DNA of 62,162 nucleotides, the filler included, from Choristocarpus tenellus KU-1152 (Eukaryota > Protista > Phaeophyceae), in NCBI GenBank assembly GCA_964200185.2. It is 11 parts of 11 records of this genome, joined end to end, with 100 filler letters (N's around TTAATTAATTAA, not from the genome) between each part and the next. Parts side by side here need not be neighbours in the genome. Positions count along the whole stretch, not along the records: positions 51,148 to 59,267 come from CAXNAD020005117.1; positions 59,368 to 62,162 come from CAXNAD020024694.1; 9 more parts are not named here. The stretch is one strand, 5' to 3'. A model generated the notes under the pieces. The model was not told where the DNA came from and searched no databases. It saw nothing but the letters and a program-made list of their open reading frames with translations. Below are positions 53,080 to 62,162 of this stretch, in pieces. The translations under genes and the position numbers were made by a program. How positions within the stretch are numbered: position 1 is the stretch's first letter; every line of letters starts with the position of its first letter.

Positions 53080-54120
53080 TGATATGACGATCCAGAACAC
53101 CAAGTGCAGAGAGGTATGGAGACCTCGTTCATGATGTCCCTGGGATATGGAAGGAGAGGATTAGGCTGATCGTGTGTGATGTTGAGGGTTTAATGACTGA
53201 TAGGTCTCTGGATGCTGCTGTAGTTAGCTTTGAGGACTTCGATTTCTTTACTTTGCTAAACTCCTTTATGTCATGGATGTTGGCATGGATGTGTGTCCTA
53301 GATCTAGGAACCACTATTACAACTTCGACCATACCTAGCCTCCACCCATGGTCAGAAGCATTTCTACAAAGTAGTGAACTTTTATTAATACTATGTTCTC
53401 AGCACCCACTGACCAATCGTTGCTGTACTGCTACTACGACTAATGTTTCGACTGGTTCGTGAATGCCTTTGTTCTTGCGCGTTGGGTTTCACCATCCCAC
53501 CACTATACGCTCGACCTCCTCCCTTGAGTCTTGTGTAATACTCACTTGGTCACAACGAAGCCGTTGCCACTACGATTCATGAGGTTTATAAATTCCACTC
53601 TCTTTTTGCTGTTAGGTAACAAACGGGAAGGTACAAATTGTGCTAACCACATTATCCATTGGAATATTTTCTTACATTTCCTCAACAGATTACCCCAACC
53701 GACTTTGAACTCCCGCAATTTAAAAACCGAAGCCAATGGATTACTACAGACTTCCGTACAAGGACTCCCTAGGAAATAATCTCTTGGAAACCGTTCCATG
53801 GAAGTCCATGATCAGTGATGGATTTGTTAAGATATTCAGGCAGGCCAATCCAGACATGTATTTAAAGTAGTTTTGTTACCTCTTACTTCCAAGAAATTCA
53901 TTGCGTCCAACTACGGTACTTCCTACTTCAATTAATGTGAGAACACTACACCTTCACCTTCGATGTGACATGGATTTGAAGGTACAAGGCCTTCAGGCAT
54001 CGACTGTGTCAATAATGGAAATCCCTTCTTACCGAGAACAAATCGTCTGGTCTGTGTTTACTCTTTTGTATGAGCTGATGACGAATTTTGGGCATGGTAT
54101 CGCATATCCGATGTTTACTC
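53080..54120 (-). mobile_element. Probable decayed Helitron Rep N-terminal region (DUF6570-like)
   Basis: Minus-strand fragments in the expected order: GLVPS..HIE, LVRKSVVIHWLRFL (VRR..V..WL.FL), NPLLPYPRD...SIPLCTW (P.LFP.G.GD...W); heavily mutated. Confidence 0.4.
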
Positions 54121-54774
54121 TCTGGATATTTTGTAAACACATTTGTTGAGTGACATAATGTTTGAGCGCTTCTCAAATGAGGAAGGAAACAATTTGTCTT
54201 TAAACTTCAAGTTTAATTGATAGAAACGTAATTGAAGAAAATGGCTGTGTGAATAAAAAATTGACAAAAACTCAATATATTACCGAGAAGTCCACTTTAT
54301 CGACGGATGTTGTCCTATTTTTGGCTCCTCGCTGTAGAGAAATGTATCTCTCTTCACTCCTACTATCTGTAAACTCTTTCTTTCAGTATCTCTAAGTTAG
54401 ACGAAAGAAGTGTTTGGATTCGACACAAACTTCTCAAAAATTACCACCCCACTGCTGGCATAAACCGCAAGAGGGGGAACCGGTAAAAGGTACAACACAA
54501 CGATAAACGTTGCTGAGTATGCAATTGGGTGGGGTGGAATACGATGGGGGTGCCTATTCTGCACACAAACATCTAAAATCCTCAAGGGTATAGCTCAAGC
54601 CATAGCCTTGAAGAGAATAGAGTAAATCATATCTACATCATACAAAAGTAAACATTGTCTTCCCTCTTGGAGTCCCCCCTCTTATTGTCCCTGCGCTCAC
54701 AATGGTCCCTCTCGGACCATATATTGAGCTGTATATACCAAGTTCTCAGAGTCACATTTACACCCTAGTCCCCT

Positions 54775-56488
54775 TCAAAAGCCTGCAAAAGCACCATTAT
54801 ACCCATCATCCAACTCGTCTTCCACACTAGAAGGCTGAAATCGGGGAAGAACGCTGGGCTTGTGGGCCGACTCATAAAGAGCCTCAAAATCAATCCCGTC
54901 GAAAAACGGGTGACTCTTCACCTCATCCACATTCATCCTCCTAGCGGGGTTTTGGCGGAGTAGCCCACGAATCAGTGACTTTGCGTGTCCCGTCATCCCT
55001 TTTGCATTTGGAGGAAATCGCACCTGTCCCCCAAGAATATTAGCATACATAATCTCCAAGTTCTCGTCCTGGAACGGGCTACGCCCGACTATAAGCTCGT
55101 AGCAAAGGATTCCCAGCGCCCACATATCCACTGGTTGACCGTAACCCGTTCCACGAAGAACCTCTGGAGCCACGTACTCTGGCGTACCATACTGACTCGT
55201 CAGTCTTTCCCCTTGTGTTGGCGCCATCTTCGCAAAACCAAAGTCAGTCAACTTAAGAGATCCGTCCCGATCAACAAGAAAGTTCTCTGGTGGGTGAGGG
55301 CAGATATCGGTTTGTTGGTACAGCAACGGATGGCAGGGCACAAAAAGCGAGGTCAAATATGTTGAGAGGATATTGTATCACGGAGAGAATTTTACTTCAG
55401 CAACTGCTCTCAATCTAGTCCGCTCAGATTCCTTGATAATCATCAATTTCGCTCTCAGAAAGGGTAGGATCTATCCTCTTCAATCAACTTTAATCGGTAG
55501 ATCAGAGGTTACCTCACACTGAAGTACTCCGTGAATCAACAACCTAATAGGAACACAGATCTGATCACTCATCGACTCTAACCTGGCTTGATATCTCGGT
55601 GAATTGCACCCTTGCTGTGAACTGCTTCGATACCCAGCAATGCGTGAGCGAGGAAGACGTGGATCTCACCAATGGACATGTCTCCCGAGTTGGCCTTTTT
55701 ATAGAGATCTCCGTCTGGGAGGTATTCCATCACGAAATACACGCTGGAGATCGAACGGGATTAGAGGGGGGGTAAATATTAGGATCCAGTGGTAGCAACA
55801 ACACAGGACAAGTTTGAGGGTGCCAAGATCTGCGGAATGTTAATGGAAAAGCTGTACTTCAATGATTGGTTCAAGGTTCAAGATTTCACCTTGTGGCAGT
55901 CTGGAAAGTCCCAGCTGTCTGAACAACAAAAGGTGATCCGTCCATGAGCTCAACAATCTCCTTCTCCCCCTTCAAGTGAGTCAGATTGCTGGTCTTCGCA
56001 AATGTACGTCTCTTGGACACTGCCTTCAGCGCACACTCTACCCCTGTCGGGATATGCATGGCCTTGTAGACACTGCTATACGATCCCTTTCCTATCACGC
56101 ACGAAATATCGAAGTCCTCACGACGGAGGGTGGTGAATTCCTCGAGAGTTGGTGGAGGAGCAGCTGGGGAAGCAAGCGGTTCATCATCCCCAACCTCGCT
56201 GAGACTGTCACCCACAGAAAGATCGTCGGTCTCAAACGAGTCTGAGTACTCCGACAGCGCAGGAGTATGAGGAGGGAACTTATCTTTCCCCTTACAGCTG
56301 GGAGAATCCTCTGGAACATCCTCCTCCTCCTCTTCGGTTTCGCTACTGTCGCCGCTCAAGGGACTTGGCACCTGTTGCAACTTGCTGTCCTCATCTGCAT
56401 TTTGACTGGCTCGACGAAGCCCTCCTCTTGCGCGAGCTGCTATTGCCTCAAAATGCTTTCGCCATGGAGAACACGGTCGTGGCGCCAT
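54775..56488 (-). CDS. AGC-family (PKA/Akt-like) Ser/Thr kinase, complete; exons 56488-55890, 55743-55583, 55286-54775
   Basis: In-phase GT-AG joins; IGKGSYSSV, ALK, E, VYFVMEYLPDGDL, HRDIKPEN, DFG, GTPEYVAPE, DMWALG, HPFFDGIDF and terminal FAGF* hydrophobic motif. First ATG is 56488 (the ORF-track start at 56557 is GTG). Confidence 0.92.
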
Positions 56489-57959
56489 TGCTGATGTTGT
56501 TGATATGGTAGATACAGGGTGTTTGGGGGGTGTGCTAGAGTGTGTTGCAGGTTTCACACTCTATCTCTCACGTCCAGCGGCGGGTCTCTGGGTGGTTAGG
56601 TGTGACAACAAATTTGCAATTTACTGCCATTCCATATGCCACAACAGACATACGATTTTCCATCCTACCAGCGGAGTAATCCCACCAAACGCTCTAATTT
56701 CATATGACTAAATGACTTAATATTCATCATGGATAAGATCTTTCCTCTTGGCTGCAGTCCTAAACCCATCCCTCAAGGTCTCCAGATAACCTCGAATATT
56801 GGTTTTATCTACAAATTAATATACTGGACAATGTGAGAATGTTAAAAATGCAGGTGCACTTGTAAGAGCAAGGAATACCCCACCTCTTTTCCATACAGTT
56901 TTAATATGCGGCACTTCAATGACGAAATAGTAGAGAAAATAGAGTACCTACGACAGAAACTGCATGACTCTTCCTAGGACAATAATAGTGGTGTGTGGTC
57001 TGTGGAGGAAGAAGGGTGCAACTGGTGTAATCTGTACTTCCATTCCATCCGATATTGAAGTCCATAAGTCCATATCATACCGTGTAAAACACAAGGACCC
57101 AACTCGCAAGTTTGACTCTTTACTAAATGCAAAAAATCCATACATTTCCATATGAGTGTGAGGTATGGAAATTGTGTACACTTCAATGTAATATCTACGT
57201 TGAGAAGAAACGGTTGCACAACAGGAAGATCTTACGAGATAACAATCCACAACCAACACTTGAACAAAGAATTGCTACCAACTTCTATACAAATTGTCAC
57301 CCCACATACGAGTGTCTTGTTTTTTGGGGACCCTGCAAAGGTGAAGGATTGATTCATATGATATATATCATAGGTTGAGACATAATGGTTGAAGTTACGT
57401 CACCATGGCAGAGTTTTGGAGACATTATGATGTCATCGTCAATATATTATGTTGTGAAATATGTGGAGTTGGCGTATTTACTTAAACACAATCTGTTGTT
57501 TTATAAGACCTCTACGAACCTAAGAAATATCTCTCAATATTTCTACGCGTGCGTAATTGCTGAACTTGCATCAGATTTTTGGATATTGGTTCTGTAGAAC
57601 AAGAAAAAAGAGTATATTTAGAAGGTCTTCTTTCAGTTCAGTGTAGGGTGTGATAGATTTTTCTAGATATTTTAATGACTTTCCAAACAAATTATATGGA
57701 GTTTACGCAAAATGAAGTTAACTATCGAAAAGGTCTTACGTATCACCCCATCATATAGTATTAGAACTACCATGTTGACATATAATGACATTTAAGACTT
57801 TTTAGATAGTGTATTTCATTTTCCGCAAACACCCTAAAAACTAAGTAATATGGAATGTGATCAATCATAATGATATAATATTCAGAAAAGTATATACTGC
57901 AGTAGATTAAAAGTTGTCAAACCATAATAATGTGTTAGAATTAATATTATTTTTTATTG

Positions 57960-58500
57960 TAGAAACCTCTAGGTCAGCTCTGGTAAGGAATGGGTATTAT
58001 TTCCACTTTGTATGGAGGATGGTAGGGCATTCACAGGGACCAGGATTTCCGTAAGGATATGGTCTTCCATGTTGGGGCACTAGCGGACGCCCGATCAGCC
58101 CCCTAACGGGATAAAGGACTCCTCCTGGATGTCATATTTGGAGAACTGGAAGCAGCCTCCCATCTGCCACACTCATCCACCAATAATGGTGTACCTCCTG
58201 CTACTACTCCTGAGACACGAAAGCGCTCCCACTACGAGGGTTCTTTTGACCCTCGTAATTTTAACCTTGACACTTTCAAGGTGAAAGATTTTGGGCACCT
58301 AGGTAAGCAAACCGAAAGTTTTCTGGGTGAGTTGGTTACGCACTTGGTGGGGGGATGAGGGGTGGGACGCTACATCAGGAAAAGAGCTGTCAAATTCCGT
58401 TCATGACAAATAGTGTCCGTCACAACTCAAGTGGCTCTATCAAGACGTGCCGTGCGTTTAAAGCCAGAGCAGATGACCAATGAGGGGGCTGTCAGATTCT
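57960..58500 (+). mobile_element. Decayed CRE-like non-LTR retrotransposon 3' end (RLE domain)
   Basis: One frame with three stops: FRKDMV..RDKGLLLDV..RKRSHYEGSFDPRNFNLDTF..DFGHLG..FLGELV..QIVSVTTQVALSRR (D...D..K..Y restriction-like endonuclease pattern). Confidence 0.7.
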
Positions 58501-59015
58501 TGATATGGTTCCCTACCTCCTCGGTTGGGGATGTAGGAGAGTGTAGTGGGGAAATAGTATAGAAAAATGTCTTTTACATTTATGAAATCCTATTTTTTTC
58601 AGGGGTTGTTCTGATATCTAATTAGTTTTTCATTGATTTTTCCATTGACAAATCTTCAACAATGCGAAGGGCATAATAATAAAATAGAGTGTGTAGGTAG
58701 TTTATGGTGTACTTACTACTTATGCATTACGTCATACCACATTTTGGACCAATCAATTATTCGACGGAGATAAATATATATATTTTCACCGATTTGCCTG
58801 GAAATTTCCGGATTTAGCAGGGGCACCCGAAAAAACTACTTATATTTAATTGTTTTAATGACTACCCTCAAAATTCAGTTGTGACCAAAGGGTGTAGAGT
58901 TCTAAGACGTGGATCTTCAATAGCGCAACTACTAAACACTCGAAACTATTAGTTTTACTAAACCTATATATTATTGAGCGAGGAGGAACAAACAAAATAG
59001 ATGATATAGTACCTA

Positions 59016-59267
59016 CCCCGATCTTGTGCACCCATGGGTATGCCCGAAAAAAGCGGTACAGAATTTATATGGTACAATATCGGTTTTGTGGTAATTAGGG
59101 TTAGGGTTAGCTGGGAATCAATCGTGAAAGCAACAAATCGTGGTGAGCTGGGAAATCAATCGTCGAAGCGACAAACTAATCGTGGTGAGCTGGGAAATCA
59201 ACCGTCGAAGCAACTAATTAATCGTGGTGAACTGGGAAATCAATCGTCGAAGCGACTAATTAATCGT
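59016..59267 (+). mobile_element. Family D element end with internal TTAGGG tract and ~42-bp subterminal tandem array
   Basis: ta|ccccgat...; ttagggttagggttag at 59095-59110; AATCGTGGTGAGCTGGGAAATCAATCGTCGAAGCRAC units near 59136, 59178, 59220 and 59262 (partial). Confidence 0.8.
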
Positions 59268-59419
59268 NNNNNNNNNNNNNNNNNNNNNNNNNNNNNNNNN
59301 NNNNNNNNNNNTTAATTAATTAANNNNNNNNNNNNNNNNNNNNNNNNNNNNNNNNNNNNNNNNNNNNCCCTCTCCCCCTCCCCTCCCCCCCCCCCCCTCC
59401 CCCACGACCCGCCGCCGCG

Positions 59420-59464
59420 GTGCGCCCCCCCCCCCCCCCCCCCCCCCCCCAGATAATTTGAGCC
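59420..59464 (-). mobile_element. MITE family B end
   Basis: polyC-AGATAATTTGAGCC near contig start. Confidence 0.65.
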
Positions 59465-60336
59465 ACTCAACTTGAGTTAGTGTTTGTATCGTAGGTGGCA
59501 GTTGTATGTGTATAACAGGTCTACTCTTCAGGGTAAGCATTTGCTGCTTTGGTTGTGAAGGTGTGAGATGGAATGTGCTTACATATCTTACTTGACCTGA
59601 TTGGGTGTGCCAAAGCCAACATGGTGTTTGCCCCTTCAGCAAGAAGTGGCGTCACAATCTTTTATATAATTGTTGAACTGTAAGAATAACCTTTTGATTA
59701 ATATATATATGCTATTTCACTATTAATATTGTAATTCCAAGTGGGCCAAACCAAAATCAAGCAAGATGCTGAGAATTGGTGCTTTTGCATAGTACAACAG
59801 CGCGCTAATATCGATGGATTGAATCTGTTTTGTGGGTAGGATGACAGGGCCTTAAAATGATACAAGGAATTAAAAAAATGCTCTTAGCCTGATTGCCTTG
59901 ACTGGATATGTTCACATTGCTTGTTGTTTCAGGGTAGGTACATTCCTTTCTCTCATGTTATTTGCACCTTGCTGACTAGTCAAGTCTTTTTATGTGTCTG
60001 TAGTAGCAGTGCTTCCTCTCATCAGCTCGTCAAATTTCAAATGAGGGTGCACCGTTTGCAGTCTAGGGTATGGTATGTGATGCAGAACATGTACTTTTAT
60101 TTGTCTTAGTTAGAACCTTTCCACCCTTGTAGCCCCGCCCAACAGGTTGCAAACAGTGTGCAGAATATATACCAGACCACTTTCCTGTTTTATTGGCTAT
60201 CTTTTGGAGCTGACATTAATACCCCTTTCATAATAGTGCCAATGAGGAGATATGGCAAGGCATATCATCTACTGATGTTGAACTTAATTTTGGTCTTATT
60301 TTGATGGGAGATGCCCGGTGCAATGCATGGTCCTAG

Positions 60337-61182
60337 CCCTCTTACGTTTGAAGAATATGTTAAAAATTGTCTCAAAGCTCGACGATGAGGTAGCCATATA
60401 CTCACACTGGTTGAAGTCCTTGCTGAGGAGAACCCATTACAGGAAAAGTAACAATATATGCTTCTAGTTATATGCTCATTGGTCTATTGTTCATCAATCC
60501 ACTCCCTTCAGCTCTTTTCATCCTTGTCAATCCTTCCATCCATGGATTGCATCAATTTTCAGAGGTGTGAGGTAGAGGTTGCTCGACTGGAGCGGGGCCG
60601 GGCACAGATTCTCCATGGGGTAAGGAAGGGCTATGAACATGCACATGACCTTCTTATTCGAACAACACCAAGCGATCCCACAGTGTCACTTAGTGGGTGG
60701 GAAGCAGCCATGTCGGTGAGAGGATGAAAAAAATAGGCTATGGTTCCCATCATATCTACTAGAGACTACTTCGAAGATAGCACTATGATTTTGGGCCAGT
60801 TGTAGACTGCCTGACAATTCAAGATTACGGTCACAGGACTTGTTCACCTGTACACTATGTTGTAGTGGTTTCTGCACCCTGCTACTTATACAGCAGAGGT
60901 GTACTTGTTACTTTTTGTAACATGCAGCTATTGTGTTGTCATGACATAGTAGGTCTTCCTGCTTGCAATATTCTCCTGTACTCATACACTCATCTTATTC
61001 CGTACTGTGTGACCTGCTCTCTGGTTTCTTTTTTCCTCTTTTTCTGTGTATTTTTCATTTTTTGGGTGTGTGGTGTTGCAAAGGCTTTCCCGGAAGCTAT
61101 CCTGGAAGCTGATGCAGACCCATACGTCACACAAGTCCTCAAGGAACAGGAAAAAGCACAGCAGGAATCAGCTCTTGCATAG
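60337..61182 (+). CDS. Unknown protein, last three exons (60337-60389, 60563-60619, 61084-61182)
   Basis: Phase-0 GT-AG joins read LLRLKNMLKIVSKLDDE|RCEVEVARLERGRAQILHG|AFPEAILEADADPYVTQVLKEQEKAQQESALA*. Confidence 0.6.
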
Positions 61183-62095
61183 GATATTGTTGTTCAGCTT
61201 TTTGTGCAGGTGGATAGCCTTGTTGCTGACCATGGGCAATTCTTGAGGCATCAGCTATGCTTGCTCATCCAGTGAAGACTGACCAAGCTTTGTAGTAGTT
61301 AGGAGTGAAGAAATTACCCTCATAGTGTAGTAACAGATTAATCTGTATCTTGAAATCTTACTGGGATCTATGGAGCACTACAGAAACCCCCAGCAGCAGC
61401 GCAGGATCTGACCATCTGGTGATAAAGGAAAGGTAGATAGGATGCCTTGTTCCTCATTGTGCAGAAGAGACACAGCCAATTGAATGCTAGGCATGGGATG
61501 ACTCTTTTGACGCTGTTATTTGTATCTGTTTGACTGTGTGGACTACATGGAGGGAGGGAGTAGTAACACTTTTCTGCATGTGTGGCTGGGCGTTGATGCT
61601 TATTTAGAACAGGCAACAGTGTAAATCAGTTTCCATGCATATCCCGTGGCAGTATGTGTCAATGAAATTCGGAGCAATTTCTTGGGAAAGGATGTGCACT
61701 GTACATTTGTGAAGGCACAGCACGGGTAGGGAGGTCTCACGATTAGGATAGAGGCATCCCAATGTTGCATTGAGGGATATGCAATAGCAAATTCATCCTT
61801 GGACCGGCACATGTAGAAGGCTGAGTGTCCCAGCGTTTTTGTGTGGAATGTGCCATTGCTACAATAGGTACAGCAGAACAGTATCTTGGCTGGCCGTTTT
61901 GTACACCCTTTCTAAGTGAAGGTTTTGCTCAAGCAGAGCAACAAGGTCTTTATGTACAAGGAGTTCAATGGAGGGATAAATTCTCAGGCAATTGGAGGTG
62001 TACTCTGTCTGTATCAGGAACTAACTGCAGGTAGGTGATGCTTTTAATCGAAATTAAGGCATTCAAAATAGCATGGACTGCCATACTACAAGATA

Positions 62096-62162
62096 ACAGC
62101 CGATTTCAAAAATTGAGGATGGAGCTTTTCATTGAGGATGGGCTTGACCCAAAAATGACTGG
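62096..62162 (+). mobile_element. Family C terminal repeat
   Basis: ta|acagccgatttcaaaaattgaggatggagc...gaggatgggcttgacccaaaa at window end. Confidence 0.8.

Noticed and set aside
53542-53799. ORF with GSPC resembling C5 DNA methyltransferase motif IV
   Set aside because: No motif I or ENV motif; another frame fits a Helitron remnant better.
37275-56488. cNMP protein, PKA-like kinase and phosphatase as a signalling cluster
   Set aside because: The genes are on different contigs joined by linkers.
56950-57600. AT-rich broken ORFs with HP..E...FWG..K, reminiscent of DDE_3 transposase
   Set aside because: Single weak motif and no termini found; cannot be supported without a search.
59126-59267. 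CRISPR-like appearance of the ~42-bp repeats
   Set aside because: Units are contiguous with only ~5 variable nt, there are no unique spacers or cas genes, and the context is eukaryotic.
42541-59267. Shared 42-bp period of two arrays
   Set aside because: The sequences are unrelated; coincidence is sufficient.
99-62034. Most 60-130 aa ORFs in the supplied track
   Set aside because: They are intronic, antisense to real exons, or translations of MITEs and low-complexity DNA; many start at non-ATG codons.

Overview
Eukaryotic, intron-rich genomic DNA, not a prokaryotic locus. The window is 11 contigs joined by ten artificial 100-bp spacers (N44-TTAATTAATTAA-N44), so adjacency across a spacer is not established and most genes are truncated. 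Retroelement protein motifs recalled from brown-algal genomes suggest a stramenopile, possibly Phaeophyceae (inference only). Spliced genes rebuilt by hand from GT-AG sites and exon phase: (1) 3' end of a WNK-like Ser/Thr kinase; (2) a Lys-rich unknown C-terminus; (3) an EamA/DMT transporter; (4) the 3' half of a GH85 ENGase; (5) the 5' part of an SCP/CTDSP (DLDET) phosphatase; (6) a cNMP-binding-domain protein; (7) the last exon of a cystathionine beta-lyase; (8) a complete 3-exon AGC kinase; (9) an unknown C-terminus. Mobile DNA is abundant: a decayed DIRS-type retroelement, RTE-like LINE and CRE-like remnants, a probable Helitron remnant, and four short terminal-repeat families (A-D). The most notable signals are three. 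MITE families A and B have unrelated interiors but share TIRs, a subterminal CCCCAAAYGGAC motif and 4-bp TSDs (Sola2-like). A 22-bp tandem repeat multiplies a splice donor of the EamA gene five-fold. Short TTAGGG tracts recur, including one inside element D. No CRISPR, rRNA or tRNA gene is supported, and I found no convincing new multi-gene system. All protein family assignments are by-eye motif recognition, with no database search.
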